From a virus (taxonomy: Duplodnaviria > Caudoviricetes), in IMG/VR virus record IMGVR_UViG_3300027969_000130, positions 1 through 55,067 of that record: a stretch of 55,067 nucleotides of DNA; one strand, given 5' to 3'. The first letter of the stretch is position 1; every line of letters starts with the position of its first letter. Of the stretch, positions 45,071 through 54,718 are shown in pieces. The notes below the pieces were generated by a model. That model was not told the DNA's origin. It was given only the letters and a program-made list of their open reading frames with translations, and ran no database searches. The position numbers and the translations under genes were made by a program.

Positions 45071-48000
45071 TTTCTAGGCTCCGGACGATGCGTTGGACTT
45101 TGGCTTCATCGTCCTCTTCCTCATCAGCCGGAACGTCGGATTCAGGAGCCGCTTTGCGTGTTGTAGGAGCCGCTGCTCCGATGGTACCTGAGGTCGTCTT
45201 GAGGCGTCTGGCAGAGTTGTTCTTGTCTTCAATGAACTTGGCGCTGCTTGCTTCAAGGCGTTTCAAGGTATCATCAACCTCTTGGGTTGTTCCTGACTTC
45301 AGCATCTTGGCCACTTCGCCGGCTGTCTTCTCGTCAAGAGAGGTACGAGCCTGCAAGTATTTCAAGACGCGCCCAACCACCGAGCCAGGTGATCCTGCTG
45401 CTACGTCCACTGCTTCACCAGCAATGTCGAAGATGCCGTTGCCGGCTTTCAGGTCTTTCAAGGCTTCTGTCTTATTTGCTGTGCGGCTGCCGCGGACAAT
45501 GTCTTGGGCATTACGGAACAATTCAGACTCACGTTGGAGAGCTGCCTCAAACACAGTGTATTCGTTAGGATCCTTGAACAAAGCTTCTAGACGTTTACGT
45601 GTTGCAGGGGCTCCTATGATCCTCTGGGCCGCATTGATTTGCTGCGGAGAGTCCATAACCTTAGTCAGGAGTGACTGTGCAACGCCAGCACGCAAAGCAT
45701 CACGCTCGGCTTCTGACATACCGTCAACCAGTTTCTTGGCTTCGTTTGGCAGCATCTTAGGTGACAAGTAATCTGTACGGCCCATACGGAGAGCGTCTAA
45801 GACTTCCATGTCGCCAGCATACTTAGCCCTGGCTGCTGCATACTCAGGCACGTTTTCATCGATGACGCCAATGTAGGCCTTGCGAAGATCTTTGAGTGCA
45901 TTGGCTTCCGCCTTGCCCATACCTTCGCCTTTGTAGCCCTTGTCAATCAGAGCATCAATGCCCCGCTTGATGTAGTCAAGGGTTCTGACGTCAGGAATCT
46001 TGCCGACGCTGATCAGGTTGCCGTCTTTGTCTTGGCTGTAGATGTCATTCAGCTTGAACTTGCTAGCATCTTCGCCTCGAAGTTCTGCGGCTCTTGCTTC
46101 TTTGCTGGAGATAGCTTGAGCTTCCTTGAATGCCTTCTTGAAGGTATCATCCTCCAAAACCTTCAGGATGCGGGTATCATCAACCGATCCATGCGCGTAG
46201 GCGGTATCGTAGAGATTGTTGGCATTGGAACGCAAGGTTCCCATCAACTTGTCTTCTTGTGCCGTGTAATCAACACCCTTGCCGATGTCTTTCAGGGCAC
46301 GAGAGGCCGCTGCTTCCCGACCGCCTTCTAAGCGATCATTCAGGCCTTGACCAAGGATCTTGCGACCAGGTCCTGGGCGAGTCACTACTGCTTCGCCAAG
46401 GGTTGACAGAGATGGGGTTGCATCCATGATTGTGGATTGAACACCAAGCTTCTTGTCGGCTGCCATCCTTGCCTTAAGGGTTGTAGGGTCCATTTCGTCC
46501 CTGCCCATAGCTTCCAATACCTTATTGGTTGCGCGTTGCTCTACGGCCCCAGGAGATGGTCGGATTGCATTCTTAACAGCCTTGGCTGCCTGACCAGTGA
46601 GCTGGATGCCTTTGGCTACAGTTGGGCCAAGGACGGCTCCTGTTGCACCGCCTTCCAAGGCTCCCATACCGCGTTCGCCTTCGGTTGCAGAACCTGCTCC
46701 TGCAATAGAGCCCGTTGCCGCAGCGGAACCTGCCGCCTTGCCCATAGTGCCTGTCATAAACTTGGGCATGTATTGGGCCAGCTTGCTTGCAGCCATTCCC
46801 ATGCGGCCGGCTCCCATCACAGATCCGGCTGTTCCGGCTCCTGGGATCATTGCCATACCAATGGTTGGAATTGCGCCTGAGACTAGCTCAGTGCCCAAGG
46901 CAGCAAAGGGATGCTTCTCTTGGAACTGCTGATAGGCTTCACGTTCTTCACGGACAACGTCTTCATAAGGGCGACCTTCCATCTTGGCTCGAACACGGGC
47001 AACAGCCTCGTCGCCAAAGCCAAGACCTAAGCCCTGACCGACAGCGCGGCCAAAGTTGGCCATTGAATAATCGCCGCCATCGGCCATGTGGACCATTCCA
47101 CCGCCTGCTTTCTTGACAAGCTCATGGTCAAAAAACTTATGCTCTGCCGCAGACTTAGAGCCATATTGGCCGTAAGTTGTAAGCGCGTCAGGACCACCTA
47201 AGTATTTGCGCATCATCTCTATCATTTCAGGAGAGTATGTCTGCTTGGTTGGAGTGACCGGAGTCGTTGTTGTCTTAGTTACTGGAGTTGTCGTCTTAGT
47301 GACTGGTGTTGTTGTGGTTGGCTTGGTCGTCACAGTTGTTGGCTGAGACTGAGTACCGCCAGCGGCAGTATATCGCGTGCTGACATCTTGCCAAGGCAGG
47401 CCAGTTGTCTTAGACATCTGAAGCGTGCCAACACCAAACGTACCCATGGCTGCAGCTATGTCTTTGTCAGAGGCTCCAGGATGCTCTTGCAACCAAGCAT
47501 ATACGTCATGATTGGAATACTTAGGAGCCGCAGCGTCATAACGCTTTTGAACGTCTTCTAACTTAAGACCTGTTGCCCTAGCCATTTGAGTAGGATCAAC
47601 TCCGTACTCGTTCATCGCGTAAGCAATATCTTGGTCTGCCATTCCAGAACGCTCGCCCAACCAATCCTGGACCTGCTTGTCTGAGATCGGCTGAATTGCT
47701 GCATCATAACGACCTTGAACATTTCCAAGATCAAGGCCTGTTGCCCTAGCCATTTGAGAAGTGTCAACGCCGTACGTCTGCATGGCCTTAGCAATCTCTT
47801 GATCGGTCAAGCCAGGATTAGAGTTTAAATAGTCAAGAACCTGCTGGTCGGTGTATCCGCCATCAGCATAATGAGCAACCATGCCGCCGTCGGCGTAACG
47901 GCCAACAAAGCCACCGTCTGCATTAGCTTCGGGAGTGATCTTGCCGTAAGCACCCTTGCGGATGTTCTCCATCTTGGTTTGGCTAGTCTTTAAGCGACGA

Positions 48001-49214
48001 GCCGCTGCCTTGATGGCGCGATCGTAAATAGCCTGACGTTCGGTGTCACTCATGCTGAGCGAGCCCTGAATGTCTATCAGGATCTTACGTTCGCCTTCAG
48101 TTGGGTTACCACCAAAGATGGCTTTCAACTGGTCAAGTCCGTTTGACAAGACCAAGGTCTCAAGGTCAGTAGTTGCAGTCACGCCTTGCGAGTCGCCGAC
48201 TCCTGGAATGTTGCGGGCAATCGTGCGGCGGGCTCCTGCACCAAAACCAGAATAAGCTTGAGGGCTGATCTGTTTGGCCTTGGTCAAGTTTAAGATTGCC
48301 GTCTTGCTAGCGTTGACAACGTCTTCAGCTTCAAACAGCTCACTTTGTTCTTTTGCACTTAGGTTCAAGCCCTTGCCCTCACCAGCCAAAGCTTTCACTC
48401 GAGCGGTAAATTCAGGGGTCCCTGGAGTCAGGCCTTCATCCTTGGCAAGCTTACCGGCCGGAGATGACGGCTTATCAGCATCTCGCTCGGCTTTGGCTTC
48501 AGAAGGAATATAGTTGAGCTTGTTCAAGCGCTGCTTGTAAACAGACTTGTTGGCAGGTGACACATTAGGATCGTTGATCTTCTCAAGCAACTGATCGATC
48601 TCATTGGTCTTAACAGCCGATGGACGAGTGGTCAAGTAAGTGATGCGCGATTGCGCATTCTTCTTGGCATTTTCATTGGCTTTTGGATCGTCAATGATCT
48701 CCTGCATCTTCTCGATCTCAGTCAAGCGATCGCGAGGAGTTGAACGAGCCAGAGCAGAAAGGGCTCCAATCTGAGCTTTTTGACCTTCGCCTTTTACATC
48801 AGCTGCTGCCAACTGATACTTGAGGTTCAGGTCTTCTAGTTCTTGGCTGGCTTTACGGCGCTGCGAAAGAGCCTCGCCAGTCGTCTCGGCAAGATTACCA
48901 AGTGTTTCACCAAAGCCCCCAGTCCGAGTAGGCTTACCGAGAGCAGCCGCAATACGGAACGCCATCTCTGCCTGGTCCGGACCAGCGGACCTAGCCATGA
49001 TCCGTTCACGCGCCTTATCCAGCAGGGCCTGTTTATCAGTCGCCGATTTTTCAGTGTTTTCAAGATATTTTGTCAGTAAGGTTTGAAGTTGTCCAGTATA
49101 AGGATTGGAAGCGCCTCTTGACGAGGAGTAGCCAAATGTTTGCGCCCCGCTGGTTGCATCTTGTGAACCCGCTTCCAGGGAACCGGTTTCTTCGTCGTCT
49201 TCAAGCAATGGCAT
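45063..49214 (-). CDS. Large internal virion/ejection protein (1383 aa)
   Basis: Helical Ala/Gly/Lys-rich; GQGLGLGFGDE segment typical of podovirus DNA-transfer proteins; internal triple repeat and T/P linker. Confidence 0.7.
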   Translation of the reverse strand: MPLLEDDEETGSLEAGSQDATSGAQTFGYSSSRGASNPYTGQLQTLLTKYLENTEKSATDKQALLDKARERIMARSAGPDQAEMAFRIAAALGKPTRTGGFGETLGNLAETTGEALSQRRKASQELEDLNLKYQLAAADVKGEGQKAQIGALSALARSTPRDRLTEIEKMQEIIDDPKANENAKKNAQSRITYLTTRPSAVKTNEIDQLLEKINDPNVSPANKSVYKQRLNKLNYIPSEAKAERDADKPSSPAGKLAKDEGLTPGTPEFTARVKALAGEGKGLNLSAKEQSELFEAEDVVNASKTAILNLTKAKQISPQAYSGFGAGARRTIARNIPGVGDSQGVTATTDLETLVLSNGLDQLKAIFGGNPTEGERKILIDIQGSLSMSDTERQAIYDRAIKAAARRLKTSQTKMENIRKGAYGKITPEANADGGFVGRYADGGMVAHYADGGYTDQQVLDYLNSNPGLTDQEIAKAMQTYGVDTSQMARATGLDLGNVQGRYDAAIQPISDKQVQDWLGERSGMADQDIAYAMNEYGVDPTQMARATGLKLEDVQKRYDAAAPKYSNHDVYAWLQEHPGASDKDIAAAMGTFGVGTLQMSKTTGLPWQDVSTRYTAAGGTQSQPTTVTTKPTTTTPVTKTTTPVTKTTTTPVTPTKQTYSPEMIEMMRKYLGGPDALTTYGQYGSKSAAEHKFFDHELVKKAGGGMVHMADGGDYSMANFGRAVGQGLGLGFGDEAVARVRAKMEGRPYEDVVREEREAYQQFQEKHPFAALGTELVSGAIPTIGMAMIPGAGTAGSVMGAGRMGMAASKLAQYMPKFMTGTMGKAAGSAAATGSIAGAGSATEGERGMGALEGGATGAVLGPTVAKGIQLTGQAAKAVKNAIRPSPGAVEQRATNKVLEAMGRDEMDPTTLKARMAADKKLGVQSTIMDATPSLSTLGEAVVTRPGPGRKILGQGLNDRLEGGREAAASRALKDIGKGVDYTAQEDKLMGTLRSNANNLYDTAYAHGSVDDTRILKVLEDDTFKKAFKEAQAISSKEARAAELRGEDASKFKLNDIYSQDKDGNLISVGKIPDVRTLDYIKRGIDALIDKGYKGEGMGKAEANALKDLRKAYIGVIDENVPEYAAARAKYAGDMEVLDALRMGRTDYLSPKMLPNEAKKLVDGMSEAERDALRAGVAQSLLTKVMDSPQQINAAQRIIGAPATRKRLEALFKDPNEYTVFEAALQRESELFRNAQDIVRGSRTANKTEALKDLKAGNGIFDIAGEAVDVAAGSPGSVVGRVLKYLQARTSLDEKTAGEVAKMLKSGTTQEVDDTLKRLEASSAKFIEDKNNSARRLKTTSGTIGAAAPTTRKAAPESDVPADEEEDDEAKVQRIVRSLENE
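47355..47855 (-). repeat. Three tandem protein repeats of about 56 aa
   Basis: (Y/I)(T/S)D.QV..WL...PG..D.DIA.AM..YGV...QMARATGL...V..RY.AA x3. Confidence 0.85.
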
Positions 49215-49223
49215 TTTTTATCC

Positions 49224-51071
49224 TTATTTTCCAAACATCTTGCTGAGGCCGTATCCAGAAGCCAATGCAGAGCCGAATTGCGACAATGGAGATGGCTGGT
49301 AGACGCTTGCAGGTCCGTTTGAAGTAGAGGTTGTAGAAGTAGGCACAGTCAGGCCACGAACAGATGCATTCAAGAAGGCAATGTTGTTGCGGTCGTACTC
49401 GCGTTGGTTGAGGAAGTCTTGATAAGCCTGATCCATCGAGCGCTGCGCTTGCTGCTGCTGAGTTGCTCCAGCTGCATCCAAAGCGCTGATATTCTGCATG
49501 CCCATCTGCTGGGTTTGTTGGCCAAGGGCACCCATTGCCTGGCCAGATTGCAACATGCGAGCAAAGTCCTGATTGGACAATGTTCCCATTTGCTGAGCAG
49601 CCTGAAGATTTTGGGTACCAGCTGCTCCTGCCAAGTTTCCTTGCATTTGACCAAGGGCACCCATTTGAGCACCTGCTTGACCGTATCTTGCAAGGTCTGC
49701 ACCTTCTAAGCCTGCAGCTGATTGGCCCATGGCCGCTTGCTGTTGAGCACCAGCCAACATGCGCTGATAGTCTGCAGCAGTTAAACCGGCCGCTGATTGA
49801 CCCATGGCTGCAGACTGCTGACCAGCCGCCAACATACGTTGCTGGTCTGCTGAAGAAAGCCCAGCCAGACTCTGACCAATTTGAGCTTGTTGACCAGAAG
49901 CAGAAAGTAAACGTTGTTGGTCTGCTGCAGACATACCCGCCAGACTCTGACCGATTTGAGCTTGTTGACCAGAAGCAGACAACATACGTTGGTAATCTGC
50001 CGCGGACATACCGGCTGCTTGTTGACCAAAACCAGCTTGCTGTTGAGCCGCTTGCAACTGACGAGCTTTGTCGGCCTGAAGTTGTTGACCGGCTTGTGAG
50101 TAGCCTGCTTGCAAGGCTTGAGACTGTTGAGCCAGAGTGGATTCTTGAGTATCACGCAAAGCGCGTCCAATAGCCTCACCGCTGCGACTACCACCAAACG
50201 TACCAGATTGAATGGCACGGTCGTTGATACTCGGCAGCAAGTTTTCTTTCAGGTTGCGGCCTGCTAATTCACCAATACGGTTGACCACTTGGTCTTGGTA
50301 TGGGTTCATGTAGTCCTGGATTCCACCCAAACCTGTTTGAGCACCTTGGCTAGACAGTTGAGAAGCTTGCTGCATATATGGACTTGCCATGCCTGCAGTG
50401 TCTGCTCCGCCTGCAATTGCGGTTCCCATGGCCGCTTGGTTTAGATAAGGCATTGCCAAGCCTGCTGTATTAGCAGATCCGGCAGCTGCTGTTCCCAAAG
50501 AGGCTTGATTCAGGTATGGCTGTGCAAGACTAGCAGTTCCACCAGCACCTTGCTGCGTATACCTATTTGCCTGATCAAAATATGGCTGTGCAAGTCCAGC
50601 AGTTCCCTGCATGGCTTGTCCGGTCAGCTGGTTGGCCTGGTTGAAGTACGGTTGTGCCAAGGCGCTTGTGTCGCCGTAGCTTTGACCAATCAGATTGCTT
50701 GCTTGTCCAATAGAACCAGAGGCAGCATTGTACGGGTTGTATTTAAGGGCCTCTGAGATGTACGGAGATGCCGCATTGACAGAGCTGCCAGCACCGGCGT
50801 TGTATATCGCATTTTGCGACATTTCCATCTGGGGTTGATAGGTACTTGCTAGATTTGCCGTGTTAGTGTATGCTTGATTTTGAAGCGGGTCAAAACCAGC
50901 AATCCTAGCCTGACTATACGGCTGATAAGGCTCTGCTGCAATCGAGTTAGCTCGACTGATCAAGCCCTGCGTATAGTCAGAATACCAGGCAGGAACGTTA
51001 GAGGTTGTCTCACCATACGTCGTGACCGACGCAGGTGGAGACCCCTGGAACAGAAAGTCCAGAACTCCCAT
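49224..51071 (-). CDS. Internal virion / DNA-transfer protein (Gln/Ala/Gly-rich, repetitive)
   Basis: Starts MGVLDFLF; YMNPYQDQV and GTFGGSR motifs typical of P22 gp7/gp20-like ejection proteins. Confidence 0.7.
   Translation of the reverse strand: MGVLDFLFQGSPPASVTTYGETTSNVPAWYSDYTQGLISRANSIAAEPYQPYSQARIAGFDPLQNQAYTNTANLASTYQPQMEMSQNAIYNAGAGSSVNAASPYISEALKYNPYNAASGSIGQASNLIGQSYGDTSALAQPYFNQANQLTGQAMQGTAGLAQPYFDQANRYTQQGAGGTASLAQPYLNQASLGTAAAGSANTAGLAMPYLNQAAMGTAIAGGADTAGMASPYMQQASQLSSQGAQTGLGGIQDYMNPYQDQVVNRIGELAGRNLKENLLPSINDRAIQSGTFGGSRSGEAIGRALRDTQESTLAQQSQALQAGYSQAGQQLQADKARQLQAAQQQAGFGQQAAGMSAADYQRMLSASGQQAQIGQSLAGMSAADQQRLLSASGQQAQIGQSLAGLSSADQQRMLAAGQQSAAMGQSAAGLTAADYQRMLAGAQQQAAMGQSAAGLEGADLARYGQAGAQMGALGQMQGNLAGAAGTQNLQAAQQMGTLSNQDFARMLQSGQAMGALGQQTQQMGMQNISALDAAGATQQQQAQRSMDQAYQDFLNQREYDRNNIAFLNASVRGLTVPTSTTSTSNGPASVYQPSPLSQFGSALASGYGLSKMFGK
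49680..50050 (-). repeat. 25-aa (75-bp) tandem repeats in ejection protein
   Basis: GQQAQIGQSLAG(M/L)S(A/S)ADQQR(M/L)L units, about 5 copies, visible at DNA level. Confidence 0.8.
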
Positions 51072-51072
51072 A

Positions 51073-53139
51073 TTAAGCTCCTCTCAAATAGGACAGTGGG
51101 CTCTTGGCATTTGGGCTAATCTTGCCACCCGCAAGAGCTTTCCCTTTGTGTTGACGTAATTTTGATCTCATCTGGTCAAGCTTAGCTGCTCCTGCCTTTG
51201 AGGATCCATTGCCAAGCATTGCTACTGACTCTGCATCCATCACGTATTCGCCATCAGACAAGACAGCATTTACGTCATCAGAACGACCGTCCGCGCCACC
51301 ACCAATTCTCATGCTGTGCACTTGGCTAAGTCCGCCCATTGCTTTTGCTTGCATAGGAGGATTGCCATATTGATAGTAAGCCATCTTAGGATCACGAGGA
51401 CGTTGGGGCATCTGAGGACGTCCTTGCTGAGGCATTCCTTGAGGACCACCTTGAGGAGGCATTCCCTGTGGCATTCCTTGAGGACCACCTTGCATCATTG
51501 GAGGACGACCTTGAGCCATGCCTTGAGGACCACCTTGACCGGCAGCATGCTGCTGTGCCATGGCTTGCATCATTTGAGCACGACGAGGATCCTGCATTCC
51601 TTGAGCTTGACCACCCTGAGCAAAATGCTTCATTTGAATCAAGCCACCCATCTTGGCAGGTGTGGCAGGAGTCTGACCAGGGATTGGAACAGGCACAAAC
51701 TTAGTGTTCTGGAAGAATTGATGTTCTCCAGAATTTTGTTGACCTGCTTGACCATACTTAGAGATGTCTCCAGCATAGTTAGTCTTGTCGCGCATGTAGT
51801 TGTACAAGTCAAGGGACTTGGTGAAGTTCTTGTCTTGCGTGGAGCCTGGTTTTGGAGGAGTCTGATTAGGAGGACCGCCTCCGCCCCCAAGCAAGGTTGT
51901 TGCGCCAAGAGCTGCTGCTCCAAGAGTCCAAGGACTGGCTTCTTTAACCCAGTCAACCGCGCTTGTACCAACTTGCTTTGCCGCGTCAGTAAGGTTTCCG
52001 CTAGTGATGTTATCCCATACGCTAGGAATAGGAGGAGTTGTTGCTGGGTAATTTATTGGTTGCGGTGTTGGAGTGATACCACTTTGGCTCACTGTTACAT
52101 CTGGCGTTGGGCTGCCGTATGTGTTTCCATTTGCACCTTGGAAAGTGGTAGGAACACCATTCTCCATGTACTGAGGCAAACCAGGCATATCAACTGTTAA
52201 GCCTTGGCCACCACCCATACTAGCTAAGTTAGGAGCACTTGGAGGTTGCAGACCAGGGCCACCAGATGTACCTGGAGGAGTAAGGCTGAAGTCAGTCTGA
52301 CCCGTCAAATAGTTAGTGGTAGGAGCATCAATTCTAAATTCAGGAACCTTGAGACCAGGAGCACCATTACCACTTGACAAGCTGTAGTCAGGATTAAATG
52401 AGGTATCTAGGCCTGACTTAAACGTTGGCAATTCAGGTGCAGCTGGAGCATTAACCGTCTGCAAAGGACTAGGAGCTGGCGGCGGAATGTCAACAGTTGA
52501 CTGAGTTTGAAGCGGGGATGGAGGCGCAACTTCAGTAGTAACTGGAGGTAGTTCGTTTGCAGTAATTTGCGGACTTGGATTGGGTGGTCCAACTTCAGGC
52601 TGAATTGCCGGCAGATCAGTTGCAGTAATTTGCGGATTTGGAATTGGCGCGCCAACCTCAACACCAGGAGGGGGAATGTCAACACCAGGTGTTCCAATAT
52701 CCACATTTGAGAAGTTGTTATTCTGCGCAAGGAAGTCTCCAAGAACGTCTGTCTCAGGAGCAGGAATATCGCCTCCACCTGGGCCAAAGAATTCTGCACC
52801 AATGCCGGCTCCTGCGCCTGCCATCAAACCTCCCTTGATAGCCTCATCAAAGCTTTCACCTTGAACTAGGCCAGCTGCCGTGTTTGCCGCACCTGCAGCA
52901 ATACCAACACCAACAGCTGCAGACGTGCCAAAATAAGCTGCAGCCGCCGGTCCTAGGAACGTGGCAGCCGCTACCGTTGCAATTGCAGAAAGGGGATCAT
53001 CAAGAATAGGCTGGATGACATAATCATCAATTGCCTTACCAACGTCTTTGACAACGTCAATGACGCTTTCAACGACGCTACCAACGGCTTCAACTACGCC
53101 GCCAACAACGTCTTCAACAAAACTGGCTACTGCACCCAT
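51073..53139 (-). CDS. Internal virion/ejection protein with N-terminal amphipathic and hydrophobic helices
   Basis: Starts MGAVAS; hydrophobic Ala/Gly segment, long Pro-rich linker, GMPQG repeats, C-terminal DGRSDDVNAVLSDGEYV motif. Confidence 0.65.
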   Translation of the reverse strand: MGAVASFVEDVVGGVVEAVGSVVESVIDVVKDVGKAIDDYVIQPILDDPLSAIATVAAATFLGPAAAAYFGTSAAVGVGIAAGAANTAAGLVQGESFDEAIKGGLMAGAGAGIGAEFFGPGGGDIPAPETDVLGDFLAQNNNFSNVDIGTPGVDIPPPGVEVGAPIPNPQITATDLPAIQPEVGPPNPSPQITANELPPVTTEVAPPSPLQTQSTVDIPPPAPSPLQTVNAPAAPELPTFKSGLDTSFNPDYSLSSGNGAPGLKVPEFRIDAPTTNYLTGQTDFSLTPPGTSGGPGLQPPSAPNLASMGGGQGLTVDMPGLPQYMENGVPTTFQGANGNTYGSPTPDVTVSQSGITPTPQPINYPATTPPIPSVWDNITSGNLTDAAKQVGTSAVDWVKEASPWTLGAAALGATTLLGGGGGPPNQTPPKPGSTQDKNFTKSLDLYNYMRDKTNYAGDISKYGQAGQQNSGEHQFFQNTKFVPVPIPGQTPATPAKMGGLIQMKHFAQGGQAQGMQDPRRAQMMQAMAQQHAAGQGGPQGMAQGRPPMMQGGPQGMPQGMPPQGGPQGMPQQGRPQMPQRPRDPKMAYYQYGNPPMQAKAMGGLSQVHSMRIGGGADGRSDDVNAVLSDGEYVMDAESVAMLGNGSSKAGAAKLDQMRSKLRQHKGKALAGGKISPNAKSPLSYLRGA

Positions 53140-53594
53140 TATTGTGCTCCTTCACGTTTGTTTCCCAATTGCAAAGCAACTTGGTACTGCCCGTCTTTTA
53201 GCATTGTGACGTTATAGCCCATGCCGGGGTTAGGTGGTTGTTTAGCAACATTGCGGAAAATATTTATGAGGCTTTGGTCGCTGAACTGGGTGACCAGTGT
53301 GTCGAATCCTGCTTTATAAGCATCAACAACAAAAGCAAAACCAGAAGCTACAAAATTTGGGGCTGTATCTGCGTTTAATGCCCTGAACATGCCTTTGCGA
53401 GGTTCTGTTTTTGAACCATGCACAATGTAGACAGTATTGCCGTAGCGATAAAACTTGCTGTCAGGCATCTGCACCTCCTTTACAAAGGAAGCATACACGA
53501 ATTCCATCGGGTATTCAGATTTTGTATTCTCAGCGGCTACTTTAAGCACCTCGCCAAGATCTAGCATTTGTTGTCGGCTGTCTACGAGCGGCAT
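53139..53594 (-). CDS. Hypothetical protein, probable GNAT-fold acyltransferase
   Basis: 151 aa; alternating beta/alpha pattern resembling GNAT topology; occupies the usual GNAT slot before the first ejection protein; no Q/RxxGxG motif. Confidence 0.4.
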   Translation of the reverse strand: MPLVDSRQQMLDLGEVLKVAAENTKSEYPMEFVYASFVKEVQMPDSKFYRYGNTVYIVHGSKTEPRKGMFRALNADTAPNFVASGFAFVVDAYKAGFDTLVTQFSDQSLINIFRNVAKQPPNPGMGYNVTMLKDGQYQVALQLGNKREGAQ

Positions 53595-53596
53595 AA

Positions 53597-54718
53597 TTAG
53601 ATCCTCATGTTGAAAAGCGCAGCACTGAACACGTTGCCCATGCCAGCACTCAAGCTTAACACTGCCCCTTCAGGTGCTTCAATCGCCTCTGAGAGGAATA
53701 CATGATCCTCCTCACTACGATTCAAGATCCCAGGGACAGTTCCCTTTTCTAAATCATTGAACAGCAAGAGGGTCTCTAACAATCCGCTCGCTCCCATCGT
53801 ATGGCCGATTCGTTGCTTGTACGATGTTGCTACAAAATCACTCAAGAACCCTTCCAGCGCAGCTTTTTCAGCTTCGTTGTTAGATCTGGTACCGGTACCA
53901 TGAGTTTTTACGATTTTAATTTGTTCTGAGGAAATTTGACAAAGTTTGAGCGCGCCCTCGATAGCTCGTCTAAAACCTTGTCCATCTTCTCTTTGTCCAA
54001 TGGCGTTTTTTGCAACTTCAGTTGCTGTCCAGGCTGACAAAAGCTCTGCTCTTGCCCGCAATTTTGACCGCTTTAAAGCGTCTTCTGACTCAAATACGGC
54101 AAACGCGGCACCTTGACCTATATAGAACCCAAAGTTCTTGGAATCGAAGGCACTGGGGACCACCTGGTGAGTCTCGGCCATGCTTTCTGTCAGGGTTGCT
54201 TTAGCTTCTCCAAAGAATTGGAGGGTCATGTTGTTGACCTGGTCCTCAATAGCTAGTACAACTACCCGATCAAAGCCATAAAACTTGATCAGGGTCTGTA
54301 CGTCCATTAAGGCCTTGAGGCTAGATGTACAAGCGGTGGCATCCGTTGCTGTGTGATCAATCTCTCCGCACTGCGCAGCAACCCGACCAGCATAGATCTG
54401 GGTCAGGGACAATGGAAGGACCTTGTAGTTGTAGGTCCATTCATTTTCTCGATTGAGTTTGGCGCCTTCGTTGGCAAAATTGCTGTTGCCGGCGGCCAGA
54501 ATGAAGGCCGTTCGGCCTGGTTGTGTGTCTCGGAGGAGCTTTAAAAGCTCGGGGTCCAAGACCTTTTCAGCTACCTGATGGGCTGGATTGATCAAGCCTG
54601 TTTTGACCCTGTTGTAGGTCTCAGGAAACAGGTGAACCCTTTGGGGAAAGGTGTGATTCTCAAAAAGAGTCGTGTCCTCAGTGCACGCAGTGCGGCTTTC
54701 GGTGAGGAAGATTCTCAT
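53597..54718 (-). CDS. Beta-ketoacyl-ACP synthase (FabB/FabF-like condensing enzyme)
   Basis: Catalytic Cys in TACTSS, His in KTHGTGT, Lys/His in YKQRIGHTMGASG; FYIGQGA; ATGA overlap with ACP stop. Confidence 0.9.
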   Translation of the reverse strand: MRIFLTESRTACTEDTTLFENHTFPQRVHLFPETYNRVKTGLINPAHQVAEKVLDPELLKLLRDTQPGRTAFILAAGNSNFANEGAKLNRENEWTYNYKVLPLSLTQIYAGRVAAQCGEIDHTATDATACTSSLKALMDVQTLIKFYGFDRVVVLAIEDQVNNMTLQFFGEAKATLTESMAETHQVVPSAFDSKNFGFYIGQGAAFAVFESEDALKRSKLRARAELLSAWTATEVAKNAIGQREDGQGFRRAIEGALKLCQISSEQIKIVKTHGTGTRSNNEAEKAALEGFLSDFVATSYKQRIGHTMGASGLLETLLLFNDLEKGTVPGILNRSEEDHVFLSEAIEAPEGAVLSLSAGMGNVFSAALFNMRI

